Shown piece by piece: positions 33,748 through 49,183 of a stretch of 64,000 nt of DNA (its first letter is position 1; each line of letters begins with the position of its first letter). This DNA comes from the human T2T-CHM13v2.0 reference genome, Homo sapiens: NCBI RefSeq assembly GCF_009914755.1, contig NC_060939.1. The stretch is one strand, 5' to 3'. Below the pieces are notes generated by a model. That model saw nothing but the letters and a program-made list of their open reading frames with translations. It had not been told where the DNA came from and ran no database searches. The position numbers were made by a program, and so were the translations under genes.

Positions 33748-34768
33748 TAGTGGCAGAAACATTCTCTGATCACTGGTTAGACTGGAGGGGTCAGAGAGGG
33801 GTCCGGGGAGATAGTGTGAACCCAAGGGAAGTGAGAGTGGGTGGAAGCAGTGAGTGGGTGGCCAGGGGAGTCAGGGCACTTGGGCCCCCAGCTGTTTTCA
33901 CACTTCCAGCACCAGGCTCGCCCCCACCCCCCTGCTGCCCCCTCTCTGGGCTCTCTGTGAGTGTAGTTCCTACCACTTTTATTTTTTTTCCTCACATACT
34001 AAAATGACAGCTTGGTTAAAATGAAAATCGCCAAAATGACTCGGGCTCCCAGCATAACCAAAGTGGTGCTCTTGGCTAGGCTTAGCCGCTGGGCCTGCTT
34101 TCCTGGGATCAAGGTTTTATCCACAGCCATTAATCACATAAAAGCAGATATTGAGGAGCATTAGCCACAGCCAGCTGTTACGCCGTGTTCTGGGCCATTA
34201 CGCGGATTACCCCTCCACAGTGCCTTCCTGATGGCCCACTGTCTTGGGTTTGCATGGGCCTATTGGCAGCCGGGTTGACCCCAAGGTTGGGCACAAGCTC
34301 TGCCTCCCCTGGCCCCTCTGTGACCCCAAAAGCAGCTCCTCTTTCTTGCACCTCCCGACTGAGGGGCCTCCATCCCCCCGAGGAGGTCCATGGCCCGTTT
34401 CCCACAGGCCCTGCACCCTGAAAGCTCAAGTGCTCGGCTCCTGATTCAGGGCTCCAGCCCCAGCTGCAGTCCACACATGGCTGGACATAATCTATTTCTT
34501 TCAGTTACTACCCAAGGAGCCCTAGTCCTGCAACAGAGTAGCCACTGGCTACCCAGTGAAATCAGGGCTCCGATTACCACTGCCTGATGTCTCTTTTGTT
34601 TGTCGCTGTGATAACGCATATGAAAAAGTATATTTGCTTCAGAGGACGTGAGGGCATGTAAGACACAAGGAAAGGAAGCCACACTGTGGTGGGTTCTGGA
34701 CTCTCCTTCTGGGTGAAGACCTCTGGCATCTTTACTTTGAGCATCACTAGTTCCCGACAGGGCGCCAG

Positions 34769-35128
34769 TGATATGGTTCAGCTGTGTCCCCACCCAAATC
34801 TCATCTTAAATTGTAGCTCCCATAATCCCCATGTGTCATGGGAGGAACCCAGTGGGAGGTAATTGAATCATGTGGGCGGGTTTTTCCTGCGCTGTTCCCG
34901 TGGTAGTGAATACATCTCACGAGACCTGATGGTTTTATAAAGGGCAGTTCCGCTGCACTCTCTCTTGCCTGCTGCTATGTAAGACAGCTTTGCTTCTCCT
35001 TCGCCTTCTGCCATGATTATGAGGCCTCCCCAGCCATGTGGAAATGTAAGTCCATTAAATGTCTTTCTTTTTAAAATTACCTAGTCTCAGGGATGTCTTT
35101 ATTAGCAGCGTGAGAACAGACTAATACA
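34769..35128 (+). mobile_element. THE1 (MaLR) LTR
   Basis: TGATATGGTT..GCTGTGTCCCCACCCAAATCTCATC...GAGAACAGACTAATACA. Confidence 0.9.
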
Positions 35129-35254
35129 GTAAAACTGGATTGCAGATGCATTTCACTCATTTTGTCATGAATCCTCTTCAGACAGTCTCTGTGACCCCTG
35201 AGGAATTTAGAGACACTGACCCTGGGAGTCAGGCTGCAATAAGGAAACTGCAGT

Positions 35255-35800
35255 GGCCGAGCATGGTGGCTCACACCTGTAATCCTAGCACTTTGGGAGG
35301 CTGAGGTGGGTGGATCACTTGAGGTCAGGAGTTCAAGACCCAGCCTGGCCAAAGTGGCAAAAACCTGTCTCTACTAAAAATACAAAAAATTAGCCAGTGG
35401 TGTGTTCCTGTAGTCCCAGTACTTTGGGAGGCTGAGGTAGGTGGATCACTTGAGGTCAGGAGTTGGAGAACAGCATGATCCACATGGTGAAACTCCGTCT
35501 CTACCAAAAGTAAAAAAAAATTAGCCAATGGTGCACACCTGTAGTCAACACTTTGGGAGGGTAAGGCAGGCAGATCACTTGAGGTCAGGAGTTCAAGACC
35601 AGCTTGGCCAACATGGTGAAACCCCGTCTCTACAAAAAATTAGCCCATGGCACATGGCTGTAGTCCCAGCTAGTCAGAAGGCTGAGGCAGGAGAAGTGCT
35701 TGAACCTGGGAGGCGGAGGTTACAGTGAGCCAAGATTGTACCACGACACTCCAGCCTAGGTGACAGAGCGAGACTGTCTCAAAAACAAAACAAAAAAAAA
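35255..35800 (+). mobile_element. Alu tetramer (three left arms plus one right arm)
   Basis: Three GGATCACTTGAGGTCAGGAG-type left-arm cores in tandem; TSD GGAAACTG. Confidence 0.9.
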
Positions 35801-36373
35801 ATTGGGAGGGGGTGGGAAACTGAAGGAAAAGGACACAATAGACAATGGAGAGGCCCCATCCAGCCTAGAGCTTCTCCAGACAAGATCCCCTTGGCTCTCG
35901 AGATGGCAGATGGAAAGTATTTGTGGGGCTAGGACATAGAGACAGAGCCTGCCCTCTGGAGCTTTTCCTCAAGTGGGCCTGGGGATGCATAAACAAGTAG
36001 ATAATCATATAGGGCAGTGATAAGGGCTGGGAGGGGAGAAAAAGGGAAGGGAAGTCCATGGGAGTAGCTCTTTAAGACAGAGGTGACCCAAGTAATTGAG
36101 CAAGTAAGCGGCCCTCTGGGAAGAGGATGCCCTGGCAGTCCATGCAAAGGCCCCCTCTCTGGACGGGTGGATGGAAGCCGCCGGAGGCCCGTGTGGCTGG
36201 AGTGTTGAGAAGGAAGGGGAATGGGACAGGCTCAGGTTGGGCTGGGCTTAGCCAAGTTCAGCAGGTCACCCCTTTCTGGATTTCAGTTTCCTCAAATGAA
36301 GGGATTGGACTGCTTCTAAGAATCTTAATCATCTATGTTCTAAAATGCAGAGAAGCATATTAGTTATGATGCT

Positions 36374-37252
36374 AATGGGGTTCAGGACATGCCAACCCAA
36401 AATATGACTATAGGAGACCAGAACATGCCATCCCACATATGCCTCTTTGGCATAAGGTTTATTTTGAGCTGGCTATTTCAAGAAACTGCAGGCACAGGGA
36501 AAGCTTTGAAAAACACCATAGAAGTTACCCTTTTGCAAGGGAAATTTAAATCTATAAAGGAAATCTCCATTTGTAAAGGTGTCTGCCTCTCTGCACCAGG
36601 AAAAGAAGAGTGACTAAATCACCAGAGACTCAGTCAAGGCAGAAGGCACCAACTTCAATCTGTGTAACAAACCTAACCTCTGGTTTTCCAGTGATTTTCC
36701 TGGGCCATCTCATTTTAACCAAGTCTTTCCCCACACCCATCCTTCTTGGTTTCAGAAAAAGTTGGTATTTAAACCTGAAGTCTAAGACCACTCTTTGAGA
36801 TCTACTAAAGAGACTGACTCGGCTGGGCAAGGTGGCTCATACCTGTAATCCCAGCATTTTGGGAGGCCAAGGTGGGCAGATCACCTGTGGTCGGGAGTTT
36901 GAGACCAGCCTGACCAACATGGAGAAACCCCATCTCTACTAAAAATACAAAAAATTAGCTGGGTGTGGTGGCCCATGCCTGTAATCCCAGCTACTTGGGA
37001 GGCTGAGGCAGGAGAATCACTTGAATCTGGGAGGCAGCGGAGGTTGCAGTGAGCCAAGATCGTACTCCAGCCTGGGCAACAAGAGTGAAACTCCATCTCA
37101 AAAGGAAAAAAAAAAGAGATTGGCTCAACTCCCTGGTTATCCCCCATATATACAGGAAGGATACATATGATTAAACTTTTGTTTGTTTCTCTTGTTATCT
37201 GTCTTTTGTTACAAGAAGTCCCGGTAAGAACTCATGAAGGGTGAAGGAGAAA
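36374..37252 (+). mobile_element. MER34-family ERV1 LTR with a nested Alu (36821-37114, +)
   Basis: GGGTTCAGGACATGCCAACCCAAAATATGAC...TTTTCCTTCCCTA. Confidence 0.75.
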
Positions 37253-37653
37253 ATTATTTTTCCTTCCCTATGATGCCATCTTTAGAAGTGAACACTGACG
37301 AAAACCCTAGATATGTGCACACATTCTGTATCCATACACATTACTACATGTGCACTCAAGCAGAGAATTATGGAAGGTTACACACCACCATAGCCAATAT
37401 GGGCTTCCTAGGAAGAAAGGAGAAGGCCAAATAAAATAAACACCTTATTAAAATATTTCTAAACATCATCATGTTGAACATGATAAATGCATACAATTTT
37501 TACTTGTCAATTAAAAAAATTAAAAATAAATAAAATTTTTAAATTAAAAAAAGAGAATGATCCATCCTACCCAAGTACATGCATATGGATGAAATAATTA
37601 GAAATGCAAGATAGAATTAGATCTAAATCTACTAAGTTTGTAGGGATACCCAT

Positions 37654-38063
37654 TGCTATAGTGTGGCTATTTTCCCCTCCAAATCTCATGCTGTAATTTT
37701 ATCTCCAGTGTTGGAGGTGGGGCCTAGTGGGAGGTGTTTGCGTCATGGGGGCAGGTCCCTCAAGAGTATCTTGGTGCCGTCATCCTTGCAGTAATGAGTG
37801 AACTCTCACTCTGTTGGTTTCTACAACAGCGTATTGTGAAGAAGAGCCTGGCACCTCTCTCCTTTACTTCCTCTCTCGCCACATGATCTCTGCACACACC
37901 GGCTCCTCTTCCTCTTCCACCATGAGTGGAGGCAGCCTGAAGCCCTCACAGGAAGCAGACGCTGGCTCCATGCTTCCTATACAGCCTGCAGAACTGTGAG
38001 ATTTCTTTATAAATTACCCAGCCTCAGGTATTCCTTTACAGTAATACAAAATGGACAAAGACA
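37654..38063 (+). mobile_element. MSTB-like MaLR solo LTR
   Basis: TGCTATAG...CAAAATGGACAAAGACA; TSD CCCAT/CCCTT. Confidence 0.85.
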
Positions 38064-40681
38064 CCCTTGAAAAAGTAAGTGGAGCAGTAATAAAGTTGCA
38101 TAGTGATGAGAATTGTGTAATTTTAGTTCAGTAAAAACAAATCTGTCAACAAACCCCTGAACGTGTATAGGCGTTTTGGTCTGTGTGTGTAGAACTCCGA
38201 GGAAGGCGTGGCCATGGTCATGTTGGCCATCTCCTTCTTATCTCTGGGAGAGTGGGAGGAGGGGGTGGGAGGAGGTTGCAGCGCCTCCTCTGGATGGGTG
38301 GTAGGAATGGGGAGAGCATCGGATCCAGGCTCCATGGGGTCACCAAGGCAGCAGGAGGTGTCTGGAGGCGGAGACATTAGCTCTGTGTTTCCATGTGCCT
38401 GTCTCTCCCACACCAGCCCCTGCCGTGCTTGCTGTTTGAGCATGGGGACTCTTGTCTTCCACCACAAGGTGGATGTCACAGCACCATTTATAATCGGAAG
38501 GCATTTGTAGCACTTTATTGTTCAAACAAGCATCTCTTTCAAGCACATGGAATGCCATGTGTGGTAAATCCAGTTCCCACCCTCTACGAGGTAACTGATC
38601 TGCCATCATCACAGATTGGGTTAGGCTGCTACTGAAACAGACAATGTTGCCATTGTGGGGGCCAAGGCCCTAATTCACCAAATGGGCCACCTTCAGTCTT
38701 CAATCAGCATGATAATAAAGTTCCCTCTGTTTTAATCCTTAACCCGAACGAAGTTCCATCTCCCTGTCCTTGTCTCATAAGGAAAGTCACTTTGAAAAGA
38801 CCAATCTGCTTTTTGCTGTTTGTTTCCGCTTTCCTCAGCCGCCCCCCACCCTTTTTTTTTTTTTTTTTTGCCTATAAAGCCAACCTCCTCTGCTCAGCTC
38901 ATTGGAACACTAATTCTTTTTTATGGAATAAAGTATTGCCCAATTCTAGAATTGCAAATAAAGCCAACTGAGGTATTTAAACTAAGTTTGCTGTAATTTC
39001 TTCTTTTGACAGATCTGGCAACCAAGGAAGGAACCTGAAAGAGACAGATCTGACAACCCTGAGACCCCTGCAGGAGCACAGGGAAGGCCCTGCTCGCTCT
39101 ACCTTTTGGGGAGGTCCCTGTCTTCCTCATGGAGTCCTGAGAAGTTCTGCTCTCTTTTGCATTAGTGCTCTCTGATATTTTTGGCATTTGGAGTACCAAG
39201 GTTAATTTGTGCTGTGGCAGGGCACACCACCTTTCGGTTTGCAGTGACTGAGGAGTCACTGTGGCAACAAAACTGTCATTTCTAAGGTAACTGATAACAG
39301 TGGCAGTAAGTGGTTATTACTGGAGGGATCCTCTTTATTTCTTCTCTTCTCAATGGTGAGGTCTCAGAGCAAAAGTCATCGTGGCTCTGAGATACCCAAG
39401 AGCCAACATAAACATGGGATCTCTAATTTCTAAAGATCTTAGTACTCTGCCTTCTGATATGCCTGCCTTTTTCATGGACAAGAATTATGGCCCCAGAAGC
39501 TGCAGATATTCTTAAAAGTGGCAAAGTCTTACTAAAGATAATTCAGAATGACAATGGCTGTTATATGGAATGTTCCAGGTGAACACAAAACTGGTTATCT
39601 AAGAAGTGCACTTGAGTCTCAAGCCCCTTGAATTAGGCAGGGAGAATGGGATTATTATTCTAACAGGCATTCAGAAGTCTCAAAGAGACAACAAGATTCT
39701 AAAATTGCTTTTTAAAAAATTCACTGTGAAGAGCTAATAAAAAGCTAAAAGTGCAAGGCATCACCCATACCAAGGACAGTAAAACTGACATGACCCCTAC
39801 TGCTCCTCTCTATCCTATTTTGCCTAAATATTCACAATCTATTAACTTTCTGTCGGAATTGCCTATATTCTCAGAAGAAAACAGTTAAGCAGTTTTCTTA
39901 TAAGAGAAAACCACCCCAAACTCCAGGAAATAATACTCAAGTGACTTATATTCCCTGGATAAAAATAGAGCTCAGAGCCATAGTTTAAAATTTTCCTAAA
40001 CCTAGAAAAAACCTACGGAAGTTTTCTGAAGAATTTGGGATCTCAACTAGAACTTGTGACCCTGGGTTATCTGATCTCTACCAACTAACCCGCATGTGTG
40101 TGGGAACTGGGGAAGCCCAAACATGGAAGAAAGAGGCAGAATGATATTACCTCACAAGCCCTAACTTATGGGCCAAGCAAAGCCTGAAAAATGACCATTG
40201 AAAGCCATTCTTGAAGAGCCTCAGCTCCATGGCAACCAACAACCTAGGGTGGCCTTTGGGTCCCTGAAACAATGGTTTCCAGAAAATTGTTGTCATTGGT
40301 GCAAACAACCAGGGCACTGGAAAGGGGGCCGCCCTCACAAAGATTTTGAGGGAAGCTCATAAAAAGAGCCTGCCAGCCCTCTGACAATCTTCGTATTAAC
40401 CACCAAGACTGATGGGCCTCCAAGGGAAGCTCTGATAAGCTTCCTCCAGTTATCCAGTCTGAGTAGACACCAGAGCCCCTATTTCTACTTTAAACCCCAC
40501 TCTTACGGGACAACCTCTCTCTTGGAATAAAAAAGAAAAATTCAATTGTGAGGGATATCAAATTGAGTTCTAGGAATGAGCCCAGGAATAGAAAATGCCT
40601 TCTTTGCCCTATTTATTCAAGGGCTGTGTCGCGAAGTCAGTTGTCTAATTAACAAACAGGTTTTTTGAGTTGAAAAGACCA

Positions 40682-40825
40682 GGCTGAGTGTAGTGGCTCA
40701 CACCTGTAATCCCAGCACTTTGGGAGTCCGAGGCAGGAGGATCACTTGAGCCCAGAAGTTCAAGAGCAGCCTGGGTGACATAGTGGGACCTCATCTCTAT
40801 TTACAAATAAATAAATAAATAAATG
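40682..40825 (+). mobile_element. FLAM/Alu monomer (duplicated copy at 44046-44185)
   Basis: Left monomer with GAGCCCAG; TSD GAAAAGAC. Confidence 0.85.
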
Positions 40826-42137
40826 AAAATTTAAAAAAGAAAAGACTATGTATCAACTAAATGATTTCCAAAACACAACTTCTTGGCACTTAGCTGACTT
40901 TTAAAAAAAATTCTTTGTAAAAGAAATTTATATCTATGAAGAAAATCTATTTTTAAGGGCGCTTCCCTTTCTATATGTAAATAATTAGGAACTTTTACAA
41001 TGGGGAATAAATTGGCTTGAAGTTTACATTTAAAAAAAAAATGACTTACCTTTGTATAAGGTGCTTTGGCTGGCCATTTTGCCTGAACTAGGCCTTTACC
41101 TATGACCTTTTTTGTCTTGGCAAATAATGGCAAATGGCACTTGAGACTCAAGTGCACTTCTTACATAACCAGTTTTGTGTTCACCTGGAACATTCCATAT
41201 AACAGCCATTGTCATTCTGAATTATCTTTAGTAAGACTTTGCCACTTTTGAGAATATTTGCAGCTTCTGGGGCCATAACTCTTGTCCCATGAAAAAGGCA
41301 GGCATATCAGAAGGCACAGTACTCAGATTTTTAGAAATTAGAGATGTAGGTTCTGTGCCTTTGACATGTAAATTTTCTACCTCTTTCCACTCTTTTCTAC
41401 CTTTTTAAGAGTCCTGCCTTTGGATGTACAAATTTGGTGTTGCCTAGATAACAACTGTTTAGGCCAATAGAACAGGTAATCAGGACATTAATAGTCTAAA
41501 CAGGGGAGAGAAACTATTTGAAAACCTACAAATGAATAATCTTATTAAAACTATAAGATCTGCCTCTGTCTGTGTGTCTGTATGTCTATATGTGTTATGT
41601 ATATGTGATGTGTCTCTACCAAAATATAAGAAAGAGTCATAATGAATTGGCTTAAAGAAAAAGTTAGCACTTAAATATTTTATCAGAAAAAAGAAACTAA
41701 CCTCAATGCCTTTTTGTTCGTGTGACTTGGGTAAATCTTTGGTAAGTAAGACTAGTTTAATATTGTTGGTTTAATAAAAACAGCTGTGTCTTCTGATCAG
41801 CAAAATACTAATGTATTGAACTTTAGCATTCTTGCTTAGGTGGCAACTGTCTATCACTTGCGTGCTGTAAAATGGTTAGCAGGAAAATCATTGAGATGAT
41901 GGCTAACTTTGTGTAACCAGCAATGTAAGCATAATTGTTAAGAATGAGTAAATTATGTGGATGTAAATGGGATACAAATATATAAATAGCATTCTCATAA
42001 TTTTAAAATCTTTTTCAGTAACTTAATCTTAAAGTCATGTTATGATTAATAGATATTCACGAAACGTTTAAGGCATTTCTAAGTTAAAACACTGAAACAT
42101 TAATTGCTGAACATAAGTTTAAAGTATATATGCTTTG

Positions 42138-43392
<1,255 letters not shown>

Positions 43393-45493
43393 TAGGCTTT
43401 CACTAGAAATTAAGATTATTACATATTAAAATTTTTAATTAATATAGGTAATTCTGTACACAAAGTGTATTAAAAAAGTAAGATGTGTTTTTGGTGAGAA
43501 AATTGTAGAAGGACATGAGGATATACCTTTGTTAAAGAAAAGACTAATTTCATCTAACTTGGAGGTTATTTAGAAGATGTCTCAAAATATGGACTAAGGA
43601 AGAAAATAGAAGCAAGGCAGACAGAAACCAGTAAGTAGGAGAAAGTGGTGCAAAAAAATCTATAAATATAAGTGTGTATTTTTGATAGAAAAATGTTGAA
43701 AAGAGAAAGTAATTTTTTTTGTATGAGAGAGAATTTTGTGTGGTCATAATGACAGGGGAAAAAAGTATATTTTTGTCTTTAGGTAGAATGATTGGTTATT
43801 GTAATATGAAGAAAGAAATTTAGGACAACAAGGTTTAAGCAAGTTGTAGAAGATTTGTGGAAGTAAAATCTTATGAAAGAAATTTTGTGTGTGATCAAGT
43901 TGGTTAAAATTGGTTGTGAGGGATATCAAATTGAGTTCTATTAATGAATCCAGGAATAGAAAATACCTTCTTTGCCCTATTTATTCAAGGCCAGTGCCCT
44001 GAAGCCAGTTGTCTAATTAAGAAACAGGTTAAGTTGAAAAGACCAGACTGGGTAGAGTGGCTCACACTTGTAATCCCAGCACTCTGGGAGTCTGAGGCAG
44101 GAGGATCTCTTGAGCCCAGGGGTTCAAGACCAGCCCAGGCAATTTAGTGGGACTTCATCTTGATCTACAAATCAATAAATAAATGAAAATTTTTAAAAAG
44201 TAGAAAAGAGTATGTATCAACTAAATGATTTCCAAAACACAATTTCTTGGCACTTAGCTGTCTTTTTTTGAAATTCTTTGTAAAAGAAATTCTATTTTTA
44301 AGGGTGTCTCCCTCTCTGCATCTAAATCATTAGGAACTTTTACAATGGGGAAGACATTGGCTTGAAGTTTACATAACAAACCTTACCTTTGTATAGGTTT
44401 TTCTAAAAATTAATGTTTAATATCAAAAAAGTACACTGATGCAAAACTGAAATTTGATTTATTGTGTTAAAACAACAAGGTTTTTGTTTTAAAGTATTCA
44501 TCTGCTCTTAGTAAATTATTGTGAGATCTTGTAGGTAATTGGCCTAGAAAACAATGATTCTGTTTAATCAAAATAATTTCCTATGTTTCATGTTTTCTTT
44601 ATTAGGTCATTGATTACTTAGGAAAACAGACACTCATCTCTATTAAAGAGTTGAGGTTTTTGACAATTATGTTACTTCCTGTATTTTCTTTTGAAGTCTT
44701 TTAATTATCACTCTGGCTAAATGAATGACTATTATTTCACAGTGACTTGTAATCTTATTTTTGATCAAGTCTTTTGAACTTTTATTTTTGACAAACTTCC
44801 CAAAATCAAATTCAAAATTAATTTTTGACCTCAAACTAACTTTTGGACACTCCAGAAGGGCCCCTGGAAGTTCAAAAGAGAAATATTAAACCAATTAGAC
44901 TTATTTGATATGTTAAATTATGTGGAAAACATTGTCAAATAAGAAATGGTGTTAAATTTTCTTTGAGTTATATTTGTATACATTACTAAGGTGTGCCACA
45001 ATTGTATGAGATTTCTAGAAATCTGATGTGTTATCAAGTCATAATGTCAGTTATTATGTTAAAATGTTGTACTTTGCAGAAATAACCAAATTTTCCTGTC
45101 AATTGCATCCTTTCTATAATGGACTCTCAAAGGCTTTTAACCATTGCCACCTTAAGTCTGGTTGTCTGCAGTTAATTGCTTTATTCTGATGCCTTTCTGA
45201 AAGCTTTTTGCAGGCAACTATAATTCTAAAGTATTGTGTCTTCAAGGAGGTTTATAGAAAGAATGGAAAGAAGTCTAACAAGTATAGGCTTCCGATAACT
45301 TTGAGATACTATTGGACTGAGTAAGAAAGTCTAAAGTTCAACTGAAGAAACTGATGGGTTTGTGAAACTGCTGAGATCAAACAGAGCAAGAATTAATTAC
45401 ATGAAGCTGAATGAACTGATGAAGAAGAATTACGAGTTTTTACAGCTTTTTAATTTGAAGCATTGTTGGTTCATTTAATGTTTTGTTTTCCAG

Positions 45494-45832
<339 letters not shown>

Positions 45833-46264
45833 TAAGGAAAGTAAGTTTTTTTTTTTTCCCTTTTAAGCTATCTATAGCTTACAGCAATTTTGTGAAGCAT
45901 ACTTTTGTAAACAAAAATTAGAACGTTTGCTTTTCCTTCTTACCTGATACTTCCTAAATTCAGAAGCTATTTGTGAGTATTCTTATTTTTATGGTAATAT
46001 GGTTATTTGCATAACTTCAATAATAATTTGCTCTCTTTATAACAGGATACAATTAGAAACATTGGTTATACTACCAAGGCTTTGACTGGAATGTCATATT
46101 TGAGAATACGTATGGAATGTTAGGCTTCAAGAGTTCCGAGCCTTACAGTGAGTAAAAAGTCATCGCAGGTGCAGGAATCTCAATATATTGGACACTGCAG
46201 GCAAAGTCTGATGTCTGCCTTGGTTCTGCTTCCTAGTATCCAGGTTTTTCAAAGTCCCATCTGA

Positions 46265-46562
46265 GGCCAGGTACAGTGGTTCACACCTGTAATCCCAGCA
46301 CTCTGGGAGGCCGAGATGAGCCAATCACTTGAACCCAGTTCAAGACCAGCCTGGGCAACATGGCAAAACCCGTCTCTACAAAAAAAATACAAAAATTAGC
46401 CAGTGTGGTGGCACATGCCTGTAGTCCCAGTTATTTGGGAGGCTAAGGTGGGAGGATCACTTGAGCTGGGGAGGTCAAGGCTGCAATGAGCCATGACCGC
46501 ACCATTGTACTTCAGCATGGGTGAGACAGCAAGACTCTGTCTCAAAATAAATGAACAAATAA
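46265..46562 (+). mobile_element. AluJ
   Basis: GGAGGATCACTTGAGC...GGTCAAGGCTGCA; TSD AAAGTCC(C/A)ATCTGAG. Confidence 0.9.
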
Positions 46563-46744
46563 AAGTCCAATCTGAGATTCTTTGTCAAAATATGCAACAA
46601 TGCAAATTTAAAAGGAGCCTATGTGGTTACTCTTGCTGCAATTATATAATTAATTATGTAAATAAGGTCAATGAGACTAAATTTATTTTGCAAACAAATT
46701 AGTTTTACTCTGTTGATCTTTGGTATAAATGGGGGTGACTATAA

Positions 46745-47135
<391 letters not shown>

Positions 47136-47926
47136 TGAGTTTTTATTATCTGTCTGTAGACTGGACTAGATTCTAACTTCTTCTAATTTTCTCCAATATC
47201 TTACAACTCTCCGACTAAAACCAAAAACTGCTCTGTTTCTGAAGTCCTATAAGGTGAAGCTGGACAACTTGATATAAATCTCAAGGGAACGTCTCATGCC
47301 CTTGATGTGTGAGCCACACAGAGTTCCCTAGAACGTGCAATGCCACAGTCAGAGACGTTCAAACTGGAAGCCAGGACAACAAGATGCTGACTTAAAGCTG
47401 TGGACAGCCTTCTCCAAGATGGCAGAAGAAGACTCCATGTCATAATGACTCTTACCCCTTTTAATTTTTTTTTACTTATGCCTGCCTCTTTCACTTGGCA
47501 GGATAATGCTGCAGTTAGAATTTCACAATCCGTATCTTCTGTGGGTAACTGGATGGAATGTTGAACCTGTCATATCAAACCTAAATAGTTACAGGACCTA
47601 ACAAATCCTCTAGTCCACCTAGTGGGTAACTTCAGCAACATCCGTAACACAACTGTTTTTTCAAATTGTATTTGTGGTCTCTTTTCCAGAGGTAGCACTC
47701 TCTTTTTTAATTTAACCTACTCCTGGGAAGCTAGATGTTAGAATTGCTATGTAACAACGGAACAGGGAGGAAGCTGTGCAGTTGCTGACATTTCTCGTTG
47801 TACATAGATGAATACATCAGGTAGCGTAGAGACACGGCTGCAAAAAATCAATACACAGCCACTCAAAATGTGTAGAGGACTCACAGGCTCATTTTTTGAT
47901 CTATTTGATTTTAGTTGGTTTGGTTA

Positions 47927-48160
47927 TAGGGTTGTCTAGTCTTTTGGCTTACCTGGGCCACATTGGAAGAAGAAGAATTGTCTTGCACCACATGTAAAAT
48001 ACACTAATGCTAACGATAGCAGATACAAAAAAAAAACAAAAACAAAAACGCAAAAAACATCTCATAATGTTTTAAGAAAGTTTACGATTTTGATTTGGCC
48101 CAGGCTTTGAATGTGGGCCTCATTCAAAGCTGTCCTGGGCCACAGGTAGGACACACTTGG
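47927..48160. mobile_element. MER30-like hAT element inserted in the env remnant
   Basis: TCTTTTGGCTTACCTGGGCCACATTGGAAGAAG...CATTCAAAGCTGTCCTGGGCCAC. Confidence 0.75.
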
Positions 48161-48811
48161 TTTATGAGGACCCTGGCTAAGGAGCATACTCCATACTCAG
48201 TATTAACCTCCTTATCGTCACAATAGTAGTCTCCTTGGTGCACTGTATCCTCTCAAAAAAGTTTTAAATGTTTGCACGCAGCCATCCACCAAATGTCAAA
48301 TGATCCCTTTTCAGCTGGAATGACAAAAACTCAAAGAAATGCATTATCATGAGGATACCATAACCTGTGAGTGACACGCTGAGACTGGAAACACAGAAAC
48401 TGAGAGGAGTGCTAATAGTTCTGGTCACTCTCTCACCTAGGTGACAGCCTGACAAAAGGGGGGAATTATTAAATAAAAATTAAAAGAGGCCATTGCTCTT
48501 GGACTAAGTTCCTGCTCTAGGCCCCAACAGACCAGACTAGAAATCAAAATGGAGTCACCCATGTTAAAGTTCCACATCACCAAATGGAAACTAAGTTGTT
48601 ACCTGGCCTTCTGGGAAATCAGGAAAGAGAGATAACAGCCTAATTTACCAAACACGCCAATTTCAGTCTTCAGTCAGCATGATAATGAAGTTCCCCTTGC
48701 TTTAATCCTTAACTTGAAATAACCTGATATTAACCAATCCATGAGTTTTCTATTTTTTAGTCTCCCGGTCCCTGCATTACAAGGAAAGTAACTTTGAAAT
48801 GACCAATTCAA

Positions 48812-49183
<372 letters not shown>

